From: an uncultured Clostridiaceae bacterium
Lineage (GTDB): Bacteria; Bacillota; Clostridia; Lutisporales; Lutisporaceae
DNA: 64,000 nt
Assembly (NCBI GenBank): GCA_964468275.1
Contig: CAYXUX010000001.1
Coordinates: forward strand, 8,597 to 72,596
Direction: 5' to 3'
Positions 29,990 through 40,311 of the stretch are shown piece after piece. The position numbers and the translations under genes were made by a program. Within the stretch, counting starts at the first letter, position 1; the number at the start of each line of letters is the position of its first letter. The notes beneath the pieces are model-generated. The model worked only from the letters and a program-made list of their open reading frames with translations, ran no database searches and was not told where the DNA came from.

Positions 29990-31243
29990 ATGTCACGGAA
30001 AAGGAAAAGAATACCTTCTCTTTTTATATTACCCATAATATTAATTGTTATTGTATGTTCTTATTTAATAAGGTATATTTATTTTAGTATTGATACTGAA
30101 ATAATAAAATATGGGACTATGGAAAGTTCCTTTGAAACTAAAGGTTTGATTATCAGGAATGAGTGGGTATATAACTATAATCAGGATTCGGAGCTAAAAA
30201 ATAAAATACCTGAAGGCCAAAGAGTACCCTATGGAAAAAAAATTGTTGAAATTGTAAAAGGTGAAGCAGATATCCAAGACGATTTGTTAGCTAAAGTTAA
30301 TAAACTGGAAGAAAGAATAAGAGAAATAGAAAAAAGTGAAATTGATAACCCAATATTTGAAAAAGATATAGAGAAGTTGGATAAAAATATAAATAGCAAG
30401 ATAGAATTGATTAAAAACTATTCAATAGATGGAAATGTACAGGAGCTAGAAGATTTAAAAAATGAACTTTCTGAAGATTTGTATAAGAAATCACTCATTG
30501 TAGGAAATAATAGTCTTGCCGGAAAAAATTTGGATAAGCTAAAGAGTGAAAAGACTCAATTGGAGGATATTTACAGCAATAACTTAGATGCCGTATATGC
30601 TAAGACTTCAGGTATTGTCAGTTATAGTTTAGACGGCTTGGAACAATCACTGAATCCGATTAATATAGATAGAATTAGTATTGAGGATGTTAAGCAAATA
30701 ATTTTTTCTAATGAAATGGAAAATAAAATAGAATATCAAAAAGGAGTAAAAATAATAGAAGACTATACGTGGCATATATGCTGTGTTTTTGATAAAGAGC
30801 AGATAAAGGGTTTGAAAGAAGGAGTAAGAATTAGCTTATTACTTAAAAATGGGGAAAAAGAATCAATAAGTGCAAAACTAAAAAGTATTTCAGAATCAAT
30901 AAATGAAGAGCATCTCGTGGTTTTTGAAATAAATGAATATGCAGACAATTATTATAATATAAGAATAGCGGATATGACCGTTATTTCTTGTCAACACGAG
31001 GGCTTCTTGGTTTCAGAAAACAGCATTTTTGAAAACGATAAACAAAAAGGAATTTATATTATTAAAAGAGGGGTTATAAGGTTTGTTCCTGCAGAAATAA
31101 TAGCTATTGAAGATAGCAAAGCACTTATTAAAAATGTTGAGTATGAAGATGAAGCCAATGAAACAGTCAGATATGTTATTAAAGTTTATGATGAAGTAGT
31201 AAAAAGTATAAAAAGGGTAAAGGTTAATCAAAGGATAATGTGA
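29990..31243 (+). CDS. Membrane-anchored HlyD-like (barrel-sandwich/coiled-coil) protein with no transporter partner in the window
   Basis: Basic N-terminus plus one TM (SRKRKRIPSLFILPIILIVIV), a long coiled-coil centre and beta-rich ends, as in periplasmic adaptor proteins. ATG 29990 lies 9 nt after GAGGA. Confidence 0.55.
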   Translation: MSRKRKRIPSLFILPIILIVIVCSYLIRYIYFSIDTEIIKYGTMESSFETKGLIIRNEWVYNYNQDSELKNKIPEGQRVPYGKKIVEIVKGEADIQDDLLAKVNKLEERIREIEKSEIDNPIFEKDIEKLDKNINSKIELIKNYSIDGNVQELEDLKNELSEDLYKKSLIVGNNSLAGKNLDKLKSEKTQLEDIYSNNLDAVYAKTSGIVSYSLDGLEQSLNPINIDRISIEDVKQIIFSNEMENKIEYQKGVKIIEDYTWHICCVFDKEQIKGLKEGVRISLLLKNGEKESISAKLKSISESINEEHLVVFEINEYADNYYNIRIADMTVISCQHEGFLVSENSIFENDKQKGIYIIKRGVIRFVPAEIIAIEDSKALIKNVEYEDEANETVRYVIKVYDEVVKSIKRVKVNQRIM

Positions 31244-31257
31244 TAAGGAGGATTTTT

Positions 31258-31956
31258 TTGAAAAGCTTAGAGGATAATGTTAACAGAATTTTGGGAGAAA
31301 TAAAAGATATATGTGAAAAAAAAGGAAGGGATTATAAAGAAGTAACATTAATTGCGGTTACAAAGACTTTGGGTGTACCAAGAATTAAGGAAGCTGCTGA
31401 TTTCGGAATAAAAGATATTGGTGAAAATAAGGTACAAGAATTAATGGATAAATATGATGATATTAAAGATATATATAGTATCCATATGATTGGGCATTTA
31501 CAATCAAATAAGGTTAAATATATAATTGACAAAGTAAAGCTGATACATTCGGTTGACAGTTTTTCTTTAATGAAAGAAATAGATAGAAGAGCAAAGAGAG
31601 CGGGAGTTAAAGCAGATGTGTTAGTCCAAGTTAATGTGGCAGAGGAGGCTTCAAAGTTTGGAATTAAACTTGATGATGCAGAGAAATTTTTTGATAAAAT
31701 ACCCCAATATAGTAATGTAGTGGTTAAGGGTCTTATGACTATAGCGCCTCATGTAGATAACCCAGAGGATGTTAGACCTGTTTTTAGATCATTAAAGCTG
31801 TTATATGATAAATTAAGTACAAAAAATTATAAAAATATAGAAATGAAATATCTGTCAATGGGAATGACAAATGATTATTTAGTTGCCTTGGAAGAAGGTT
31901 CAAACATGTTAAGGATTGGAACCGGAATATTTGGACAGAGAGTATATAATAAGTAA
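31258..31956 (+). CDS. yggS: PLP homeostasis protein YggS/YlmE
   Basis: TLIAVTKT (PLP lysine), HMIGHLQSNK and MGMTNDY motifs. TTG 31258 lies 6 nt after AAGGAGG. Confidence 0.88.
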   Translation: MKSLEDNVNRILGEIKDICEKKGRDYKEVTLIAVTKTLGVPRIKEAADFGIKDIGENKVQELMDKYDDIKDIYSIHMIGHLQSNKVKYIIDKVKLIHSVDSFSLMKEIDRRAKRAGVKADVLVQVNVAEEASKFGIKLDDAEKFFDKIPQYSNVVVKGLMTIAPHVDNPEDVRPVFRSLKLLYDKLSTKNYKNIEMKYLSMGMTNDYLVALEEGSNMLRIGTGIFGQRVYNK

Positions 31957-31969
31957 AGGAGGTAAAGTT

Positions 31970-32416
31970 ATGGCAGGAGGTATTTTTAGTAAGATATTAT
32001 ACTATATGGGTATTGGAGAAAATGTGGAGGAAGAATATGATGAAACAGTTGACGAGGTTAAAAAACCTTTACTTGAACCTGTTAAAAAAAGCAACATTGT
32101 AAGCATGCCTTCAGGGCCTAGTCAAATGAAGGTTATACTGATAGAGCCTATTAATTATGATGACGTGCAGGATATCTGTGATAATCTTAAAAACAAAAAA
32201 CCGATAATTATTAATTTTGAGAATTTGGATAAGAATATTGCCAGACGAATGGTTGATTTTGTATCAGGTGCTGTATATGCTGTTGACGGTACCATTCAAA
32301 AAGTATCAAACGGTATTGTAATTGCTGCACCGCCAAATGTTGATATTCTCGGAAGTATGGGAGATATAGGAACTGAAGCATTTGATTTTGAAAAATTTAT
32401 GGACTGGTTAAAATAA
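31970..32416 (+). CDS. sepF: Cell division protein SepF
   Basis: N-terminal amphipathic MAGGIFSKILYYMGI and a C-terminal SepF core (IINFENLDKNIARRMVDFVSGAVYAVDG). ATG follows AAGGAGG. Confidence 0.88.
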   Translation: MAGGIFSKILYYMGIGENVEEEYDETVDEVKKPLLEPVKKSNIVSMPSGPSQMKVILIEPINYDDVQDICDNLKNKKPIIINFENLDKNIARRMVDFVSGAVYAVDGTIQKVSNGIVIAAPPNVDILGSMGDIGTEAFDFEKFMDWLK

Positions 32417-32426
32417 AAGATTGTGA

Positions 32427-32714
32427 GTGATACATTTGAAAGGTTTATTGATTTGGTCAATAAATAAGTTTTTTTCTATTATTTATTTACTTATACTTAT
32501 TAGAATTATTCTTTCATGGGTGAGAGTTGGATCATACAACAAATATGTTGCATTCATATTTCAACTTACTGATTTAATTTTGGATCCTTTTAAAAAATTG
32601 ATTGATAGACTCGGAATTGACACAGGTTTTATAGATTTGTCACCAATTGTTGCTTATTTTGTGTTACAATTAATTGAAAATGCTTTAAAAAAAATAATAT
32701 GGCAATTGTTATAA
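32427..32714 (+). CDS. yggT: YggT/YlmG family membrane protein
   Basis: 95 aa, two TM helices, with ILSW and PIVAYFVLQ patterns. Lies in the ylm cluster. Confidence 0.8.
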   Translation: MIHLKGLLIWSINKFFSIIYLLILIRIILSWVRVGSYNKYVAFIFQLTDLILDPFKKLIDRLGIDTGFIDLSPIVAYFVLQLIENALKKIIWQLL

Positions 32715-32831
32715 AGCAAATTTATTGTTATTTAATATAAAAACATAAAGCCAAGGGGTAATATCTTAATAAAACGTGAATAATGTACATGGATAATCTA
32801 ATATTATTAATAAAGATTGGAGGTTAAACTA

Positions 32832-33281
32832 GTGTTAACTCCCATGGATATTCGTAATAAGGAATTTAAAAAAGGATTTAGAGGATACAATGAAGATGAC
32901 GTAGATATATTTATGGATAAGATTGTAGCAGATTTTGAAAAGGTATATAAAGAGAATGTTGAACTAAAAGACAAAATTAGCGCCTTTAATGAAAGATTAG
33001 AAAGTTATGCTGAAATGGAAAAAACATTGCAAAGCACATTGATAATAGCACAGAGGTCATCAGAAGATATAGTTGCTAATGCTAGGAAAGAGGCGGATTT
33101 GATTCTAAAGGAAACAGAGGAAAATCGAAAAGAAATAATAGCACGGGCAAATGCGGATGTACTTGATTTAAATAGAGATATAGATGAATTAAAAAAACAA
33201 TTACAAATATTTAAAACCAGATATAGGACTTTTTTAGAATCGGAATTAGAAAGTTTAGAAACTTTTTTTAAAGAAATATAA
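32832..33281 (+). CDS. divIVA: Septum site-determining protein DivIVA
   Basis: LTPMDIRNKEFKKGFRGYNEDDVDIFMDKI N-terminal domain plus a coiled coil. GTG 32832 lies 8 nt after GGAGG. Confidence 0.88.
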   Translation: MLTPMDIRNKEFKKGFRGYNEDDVDIFMDKIVADFEKVYKENVELKDKISAFNERLESYAEMEKTLQSTLIIAQRSSEDIVANARKEADLILKETEENRKEIIARANADVLDLNRDIDELKKQLQIFKTRYRTFLESELESLETFFKEI

Positions 33282-33303
33282 AACGATTGTTTTGTGTATT
33301 GGG

Positions 33304-33340
33304 ACTCTTTCACTTTAAAAAAGTTGGAAGAGTTTTCTTT
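33304..33340 (+). terminator. Probable terminator after divIVA
   Basis: ACTCTTTCA / TGGAAGAGT stem (one G-U pair), 12-nt loop, then TTTTCTTT. Confidence 0.45.
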
Positions 33341-33357
33341 AGGTTTGGGGGAATGAT

Positions 33358-33651
33358 ATGGCTAAAGATTTTAATGAAAGAAACAACTCTAATACGGATA
33401 AACAAAAACAAATAGCGATGCTGCTTGGTGAGTCAAAGCTTGGAGAATATATAGAAATGATGTCTGATCCAAAGAAAGTCATTAAAAGAAACTTTATTGC
33501 AGGACTGGCAAGAGGACTTGGCATGGCTATCGGTTTTACAGTGCTTGGTGCATTGGTTTTATATATTCTACAAAAACTTGTTGTTTTAAATTTGCCTTTT
33601 TTCGGCAACTTTATTGCAGAAATAGTAAAAATTGTACAGGATCATTTATAG
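33358..33651 (+). CDS. Small membrane protein (DUF5665-like)
   Basis: 97 aa with NFIAGLARGLGMAIGFTVLGALVLYIL. SD GGGGGA. The family assignment is from memory. Confidence 0.5.
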   Translation: MAKDFNERNNSNTDKQKQIAMLLGESKLGEYIEMMSDPKKVIKRNFIAGLARGLGMAIGFTVLGALVLYILQKLVVLNLPFFGNFIAEIVKIVQDHL

Positions 33652-33748
33652 AATTTCAAAAGTATCATAGGTTATGTTGAAAATTAAAAACAATGAGCGA
33701 TAAAAAGTATTTTAATAAAAGCAGATTTATGCAATAAGGAGGCTTTTT

Positions 33749-34195
33749 ATGTATTTAATATTAACTATAGCCATTATTGTTATATTAGATCAAATTTTTA
33801 AGTTTTTAATAGTTAAAAAGGTTATGCTATATACAGGTGTAGAAGTTATTAAAAATTTTTTTTATATTACCCACATTAAAAACCACGGTATTGCATTCGG
33901 ACTGTTTAAAAACAGAAACACGTTTTTTGTAATATCAACTTCTATTGTAATTGTATTCTTGCTTTATTTGACCTATAAATTTTATAATAAAAATATTATT
34001 ATGACCTATTGTTTGTCCTTTATTATTGGTGGTGCTATAGGCAATCTTATTGATAGAATAAAATATGGTTATGTAATAGATTATTTGCAATTTACTTTCT
34101 TCCCTCCAGTATTTAACTTTGCAGATGCATCTATCGTATGCGGCGCTGTGGTTTTAAGTCTGCTATTATTTTTTGATAAGAATACTGTAGTTTGA
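33749..34195 (+). CDS. lspA: Lipoprotein signal peptidase II
   Basis: NHGIAFG, GGAIGNLIDR and FNFADASI motifs. Confidence 0.88.
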   Translation: MYLILTIAIIVILDQIFKFLIVKKVMLYTGVEVIKNFFYITHIKNHGIAFGLFKNRNTFFVISTSIVIVFLLYLTYKFYNKNIIMTYCLSFIIGGAIGNLIDRIKYGYVIDYLQFTFFPPVFNFADASIVCGAVVLSLLLFFDKNTVV

Positions 34196-34212
34196 AATAG
34201 AATGAGGTCTTT

Positions 34213-35130
34213 ATGGATAATTATTCATTGAAAGTAACGGATTTAGATGTTGGCACCAGATTGGATGTTTTTATTTCAAATAAGGTTAAGGCATACTCGA
34301 GATCCTATATTAAAAAATTAATTAATGATGGAATGGTAAATGTAAATGGCACTATAAAAAGGCCGAATTACAGGTTAAAGAACAGGGAACTTGTGAAGGT
34401 TCTGATACCCAAATCTGTTAAGATTGATATAAAGGCTGAGAACATTGAAATTGATATTATATATGAAGACGATTATATTATGATAATAAATAAACCTCAA
34501 GGTATGGTAGTGCATCCGGCACATGGAAATCATAACGGCACTTTGGTAAATGCATTATTACACCAATGTACAAGTCTATCCGGAATAAACGGAGTTATTC
34601 GCCCGGGAATTGTACACAGATTGGATAAAGACACTTCCGGGTTGATAGTGGTTGCAAAAACTAATTCTGCTCATATTGAATTATCAAATCAGTTTAAAAC
34701 CGGAAGTATAATAAGGAAATATTTTGCTTTACTTGAAGGCAGACTGAAATCTGAAATTGGAGTAATAAAAGCACCCATAGGTAGGCACCGCACTGACAGA
34801 AAGAAGATGACCGTTACTTCTGAGAATGGCAAATATGCGGAAACTAAATATAAAGTTTTAGAAAGCTTTAACAGCAATACATTAATTGAAGCGAAATTAG
34901 AAACAGGCCGTACTCATCAAATTCGGGTTCATATGTCTTATATAGGTCATCCTATAGTAGGCGATATGTTATATGGTTATAAAGGCAACAAATTTAATTT
35001 AAAGGGTCAATTACTACATGCCGGAATTCTGTGTTTAGATCACCCTATAACTAAAAAGGTTCTTGAATTTAGAGCACCTCTTCCGAATTATTTTGATGAG
35101 GTGTTAAAAAGTTTACGTTCTAAACTATAG
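34213..35130 (+). CDS. rluD: 23S rRNA pseudouridine synthase, RluD subfamily
   Basis: N-terminal S4 domain, catalytic HRLDKDTSG, and TGRTHQIRVH. Confidence 0.9.
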   Translation: MDNYSLKVTDLDVGTRLDVFISNKVKAYSRSYIKKLINDGMVNVNGTIKRPNYRLKNRELVKVLIPKSVKIDIKAENIEIDIIYEDDYIMIINKPQGMVVHPAHGNHNGTLVNALLHQCTSLSGINGVIRPGIVHRLDKDTSGLIVVAKTNSAHIELSNQFKTGSIIRKYFALLEGRLKSEIGVIKAPIGRHRTDRKKMTVTSENGKYAETKYKVLESFNSNTLIEAKLETGRTHQIRVHMSYIGHPIVGDMLYGYKGNKFNLKGQLLHAGILCLDHPITKKVLEFRAPLPNYFDEVLKSLRSKL

Positions 35131-35164
35131 ACAATATATGAGTGCTATGATATTATGATAAGAA

Positions 35165-35255
35165 ATATCCTTTAATCTTGCTCAGAGAGGCGGGAAAGGT
35201 TTATAATTAATGAACAATAAACACTTTATGGTCTGCCTCTTTGGCAGGCATTTTC
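35165..35255 (+). promoter_or_regulatory. PyrR-binding loop and transcription attenuator in the pyr leader
   Basis: CCTTTAATCTTGCTCAGAGAGGCGGGAAAGG matches the PyrR binding-loop core (CAGAGAGG within a CCTTT/AAAGG stem). Downstream, the GTCTGCC-TCTTT-GGCAGGC hairpin plus TTTT can alternatively pair with AGAGGC. Confidence 0.75.
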
Positions 35256-35339
35256 AGTTTAATATCAAAACAGCTCGTATCTTATAAAATGCAGTATGAT
35301 TGAGTAGGATTGTATATCCGATAGAGCTAAAAGTCATAA

Positions 35340-35927
<588 letters not shown>

Positions 35928-35950
35928 TTTTAATGTTTGGAGGAAAGATT

Positions 35951-37237
35951 ATGAAGATTCTATTGAAGAATTGTAATATTATAGACACTATATATGACTA
36001 CAAAAATATTAATGATATTATGATAGAAAACGAAAGAATCAGTGAAATATCCGGATCAATATACGATAAGGCTGATAAAACAATAGATATTAATGGAATG
36101 GTTGTAGCTCCGGGATTTATTGATATGCATTGTCATCTAAGGGAACCGGGATTTGAATATAAAGAAACGATAAAAACCGGAACTCAAGCAGCTGCTAAGG
36201 GTGGTTTTACTACGGTTTGTTGCATGCCTAACACGAATCCTGTGATAGATAATATTGATGATTTAAAAGATTTAAAAGAAATAATAAAGAACAATTCTTT
36301 AATTGAAACAATACCTATTGGTGCCGTAACTAAAAATCAAAATGGAAACGAATTGGTAGATTTAAAGAGCATGCTAAATCACGGGGTAAAGTTATTTTCA
36401 GATGACGGTAATCCTATTTGGAATGATATAATAATGGAAGAATGCCTTAGTCTTTCCAACAAGGAAAATATTTTGATTATCGATCATTGTGAGGACCTAG
36501 ATTTAGTAGCTGGCGGCGTTATTAATGAAGGTGCAATATCGCGGAGACTGGGTCTTAAGGGGATATCAAATCTATCTGAAACTAAACCTATAATAAGAAA
36601 TATAATGCTTGCTGAAAAAACTAATTCTTCGATACATATTGCCCATATTAGTGCGGCTGAGTCTTTAGAAGCAATTAAAGAAGCTAAGAGTAAAGGCATT
36701 AAAGTAAGCTGTGAAGTTACTCCTCATCATATATCCCTTTGTGAGGATGATATAGTTGAAGGAAATACTGATTTTAAAGTTAACCCTCCGCTAAGGAGTA
36801 AAGAAGATGTGATAGCATTGCAACATGGTTTAAGAGATGGAATTATTGATATCATTGCCACTGATCATGCACCCCATAATGAAAAAGATAAGAAAGGAGA
36901 TTTTTATAAGGCTGCCAATGGTATTTCAGGAATAGAAATTGCTTTTTCTGTTTGTTTTACATATTTGGTTCGTACAGGTATATTAACCTTAAAAGAATTG
37001 TTTAAATTAATGAGTTTAAATCCTTCCAATGTATTAAAGCTTAATAAAGGCAGGATTTTTGTAGGCGGAATTGCAGATTTAACTGTAATTGATTTATATA
37101 AAAAATTTAAAGTAAGCAAGGATGATTTTATTTCAAAAGGTAAGAATACTCCTTTTCACAGTAAAAGCCTTTGGGGTGAGGTTATCATGACTATACTAAG
37201 CGGAAAAACCGTATTTAAAAAGGAAGGTGTATTGTAA
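35951..37237 (+). CDS. pyrC: Dihydroorotase
   Basis: GFIDMHCHLREPG metal site, ATDHAPH, amidohydrolase fold. Confidence 0.9.
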   Translation: MKILLKNCNIIDTIYDYKNINDIMIENERISEISGSIYDKADKTIDINGMVVAPGFIDMHCHLREPGFEYKETIKTGTQAAAKGGFTTVCCMPNTNPVIDNIDDLKDLKEIIKNNSLIETIPIGAVTKNQNGNELVDLKSMLNHGVKLFSDDGNPIWNDIIMEECLSLSNKENILIIDHCEDLDLVAGGVINEGAISRRLGLKGISNLSETKPIIRNIMLAEKTNSSIHIAHISAAESLEAIKEAKSKGIKVSCEVTPHHISLCEDDIVEGNTDFKVNPPLRSKEDVIALQHGLRDGIIDIIATDHAPHNEKDKKGDFYKAANGISGIEIAFSVCFTYLVRTGILTLKELFKLMSLNPSNVLKLNKGRIFVGGIADLTVIDLYKKFKVSKDDFISKGKNTPFHSKSLWGEVIMTILSGKTVFKKEGVL

Positions 37238-38157
37238 TGTTTATTGATAAGTTGATTGATAGGATAATAAGCACAAAAAATCATTGCATAGTGGGGATTG
37301 ATCCCCATGAAGAAATAATACCTAAGAGAATAATGGATGATTATTGCGACTTATCTGTGGCCAAATCTGAATCTATGGGGAATATAATTTTCCATATGAG
37401 CAAGGAAATAATAGACAATATATATGATATTGTTCCTTGTATTAAACCACAAATAGCTTTTTTTGAAAAGTATGGAAGCCATGGAATAAAGGCTTTTGAA
37501 AATGTGTGTTATTACGCGAAAGAAAAAGGGTTAATAGTTATTGCAGATGTTAAAAGAGGTGATATCGGGAGTACTGCAAAAGCTTATTCCGATTATTATC
37601 TTGGGAATAAAGATACTTCTATTTCTGTTGATGCTATTACGGTCAACCCGTATTTAGGTAAAGACTCGATAGAACCTTTTGTTATTAATTGTGTTGATAA
37701 TGGAAAGGGTTTGTTTATTTTAGTTAAAACTTCTAATAAATCATCCAGTGACATCCAAGATAGAATATGCGATGGCAAAAGAATATATGAAATAGTAAGT
37801 GATTTAATTATTGGACTAGAGGAAAAAAGCATGGGCAAGAATGGTTATAGCTCTATAGGTGCAGTGGTAGGAGGTACACATAAAGAAGAAGGTGAACATA
37901 TGCGTAAGATAATGGGGAGAACCTATTTTTTAGTACCGGGATTTGGAGCACAAGGTGCAAAAGCTTCTGATTTAGCAGGTTTTTTTAATGACGACGGTTT
38001 AGGTGCCATAATAAATTCGTCAAGAGGCATCCTAGGTGCTTATAAATCAGAAAAATATAAAAATCAATCTTTTGCGGATGCTGCCAGAAATGCTGCAATA
38101 GATATGAGAGATGAAATTAATAAAGAATTATATAAAACCGGTAAAATTGCTTGGTAG
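37237..38157 (+). CDS. pyrF: Orotidine 5'-phosphate decarboxylase (long, type 2 form)
   Basis: ADVKRGDIGST and VPGFGAQG motifs; 306 aa. Confidence 0.88.
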   Translation: MFIDKLIDRIISTKNHCIVGIDPHEEIIPKRIMDDYCDLSVAKSESMGNIIFHMSKEIIDNIYDIVPCIKPQIAFFEKYGSHGIKAFENVCYYAKEKGLIVIADVKRGDIGSTAKAYSDYYLGNKDTSISVDAITVNPYLGKDSIEPFVINCVDNGKGLFILVKTSNKSSSDIQDRICDGKRIYEIVSDLIIGLEEKSMGKNGYSSIGAVVGGTHKEEGEHMRKIMGRTYFLVPGFGAQGAKASDLAGFFNDDGLGAIINSSRGILGAYKSEKYKNQSFADAARNAAIDMRDEINKELYKTGKIAW

Positions 38158-38166
38158 GAGGGTAAT

Positions 38167-38922
38167 ATGCTTATAGAAGAGTGTAAAATTGTTTTAAATG
38201 AAGAAGTTGGCAAAGACGTTTTTAAGATAGGGATATATTGTCCAAGCATTTTATCAACGGCTTCCGCCGGACAGTTTTTATATATAAAAATTAACGATTC
38301 TTATGACCCTTTACTGAGAAGGCCCTTCAGTATCTGCAGCTTGATAAAGCAAAAAGGCTTAATTATCTTGCTTTATAAGGTGATAGGCAAAGGAACAGAA
38401 TTATTAGCTAAGAAAAAGATAGGTGATATGCTAAATGTTATGGGTCCTCTAGGAAAAGGATTCCCAATTTGCCGGGATAAAAAGTCTGCGATTATAGGCG
38501 GAGGTATAGGTATAGCACCCTTATTAGAATTATCAAAGCATTTGAACTCTCCTGATATTTATCTTGGATTTAAAGATGACGTCTTTTTATTAGAGGAGTT
38601 TAAAGAGCATTCAAAAACACTTTATTTATATACTGAAGATGGAAGCAAAGGTACTAAAGGTTTTCCTACAGGCATGTTTTCAAAGAATATTAATGGATAT
38701 AAAACTGTATATTCATGTGGACCAAAGGCTATGATGGCGGCAGTAAAAGATATTTGCGAAAAAAATAACGTTAATTGCTATATTTCAATGGAAGAAAAGA
38801 TGGGCTGCGGTATCGGAGCTTGTTTAACATGTTCGTGTAAAACGAATATCAAAGGGGAATATAAGAAGGTTTGTATTGATGGGCCTGTTTTCAATAGCAA
38901 AGAGGTGAGCTTTTATGAGTGA
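38167..38922 (+). CDS. pyrK: Dihydroorotate dehydrogenase electron transfer subunit
   Basis: RRPFSI FAD motif and a C-terminal 2Fe-2S cluster CGIGACLTCSC. Confidence 0.88.
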   Translation: MLIEECKIVLNEEVGKDVFKIGIYCPSILSTASAGQFLYIKINDSYDPLLRRPFSICSLIKQKGLIILLYKVIGKGTELLAKKKIGDMLNVMGPLGKGFPICRDKKSAIIGGGIGIAPLLELSKHLNSPDIYLGFKDDVFLLEEFKEHSKTLYLYTEDGSKGTKGFPTGMFSKNINGYKTVYSCGPKAMMAAVKDICEKNNVNCYISMEEKMGCGIGACLTCSCKTNIKGEYKKVCIDGPVFNSKEVSFYE

Positions 38923-39835
38923 TATGTCAGTTGATATTTGCGGAGTACGACTAAAAAATCCTATTATAACGGCATCGGGAACATTTGGGTTCGGGAAAGA
39001 ATACGGAGAGTTTTATGATTTGGGTTTATTGGGTGCGATAGCAATAAAGGGTCTTACCTTAAATCCTAGAGCCGGAAACAAACCCCCTCGAATAGCTGAA
39101 ACAGCTTCAGGCATACTAAATAGCGTAGGATTGGAGAATCCTGGGATAGAGTCTTTTATAAATAATGAACTTTTAGACTTGAAAAAGTATAACATTCCGA
39201 TTATTGCTAATATTTCAGGAAATACCATAGATGAATATGGTATAATAGTAAAAATACTGGATGATATGGTTGATTTAATAGAATTAAATGTTTCTTGCCC
39301 AAATGTTAAGGATGGTGGTATGACATTTGGTATAAAAGCTGAATCTGTTTATCAAGTAACAAAAATTGCAAAAGAATCGGCAAAGGTACCGATAATAGTT
39401 AAATTGTCACCAAATGTAACCGATATATCCGAGATTGCAGTAGCTGCAGAGGCTGCCGGAGCAGACGGTATTTCACTGATTAATACTGTAACTGGTATGA
39501 AATTTGATATAGCAAATAGGAAACCTTATTTTGAAAACATTATAGCCGGTTTGTCAGGCCCCGCAATTAAACCGATTGCTCTTAGAATGGTGTGGGAAGT
39601 AGCTAAAAAAGTTAGAATACCTATAATCGGAATGGGTGGGATTACTAATTGGGAAGATGCTGTTGAATTTCTTTTAGCAGGCGCAGATGCGATTTCAGTA
39701 GGTACGGCAAATTTTATAGACCCTTTCGCCCCTATAAAAATACTAAATGGTCTTGAAGATTATATGATAAGAAATAATATAGCAAAACTTAAATCGCTAA
39801 AAACTATTTCTAAGAAGAATAACATTTATGAATAA
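38915..39835 (+). CDS. pyrD: Dihydroorotate dehydrogenase 1B catalytic subunit
   Basis: [15 protein letters not shown] (catalytic Cys) and [12 protein letters not shown] motifs. Overlaps pyrK. Confidence 0.92.
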   Translation: MSDMSVDICGVRLKNPIITASGTFGFGKEYGEFYDLGLLGAIAIKGLTLNPRAGNKPPRIAETASGILNSVGLENPGIESFINNELLDLKKYNIPIIANISGNTIDEYGIIVKILDDMVDLIELNVSCPNVKDGGMTFGIKAESVYQVTKIAKESAKVPIIVKLSPNVTDISEIAVAAEAAGADGISLINTVTGMKFDIANRKPYFENIIAGLSGPAIKPIALRMVWEVAKKVRIPIIGMGGITNWEDAVEFLLAGADAISVGTANFIDPFAPIKILNGLEDYMIRNNIAKLKSLKTISKKNNIYE

Positions 39836-40145
39836 AGAAGAGATTATTGAAATATTTATAAAATATGGAATGCTTATTGAAGGCCATTTTCTTTTGATCT
39901 CCGAGAAACATAATGATAAGTATTTATAATGTGCTAAGTTATTTCAATATCCGACAAACAGTGTTGAAATAACAAAAATATTAGCGGAGAAACTCAAGAA
40001 ATACAAAGGTTGATTTGATAATTGAACCGGAAATAAAAGGCATAATACTATCTTATTATATAGGAAAACAATGGTAGAAGATGTAGTAACTACTGGCAGA
40101 TCCGTTAAAGAGGTTACTGAGTTTGTTAGTTTTATTTTTACATAA
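39828..40145 (+). pseudogene. pyrE: Decayed orotate phosphoribosyltransferase gene
   Basis: PyrE-like [33 protein letters not shown], then TAA at 39927-29, then CAKLFQYP. A +1 shift near 40009 gives VDLIIEPEIKGIILSYYIGKQ. About 30 codons are missing before VEDVVTTGRSVKEV, and the C-terminal third is absent. Confidence 0.75.
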
Positions 40146-40311
40146 TGCTTTAATTACTTCGTATTCAGAAAAGTTAAAAAATTATGGTAATATAGAAGGA
40201 AAAAAAGTTTTTTTGTAGAAGTAATATATAATGTTTTTTGAAAGAGGTGATTGAAAACAAATAATAATTTATAAAATACTTTAACAAATATTTTGAAAGG
40301 AAGGTGTAAAA

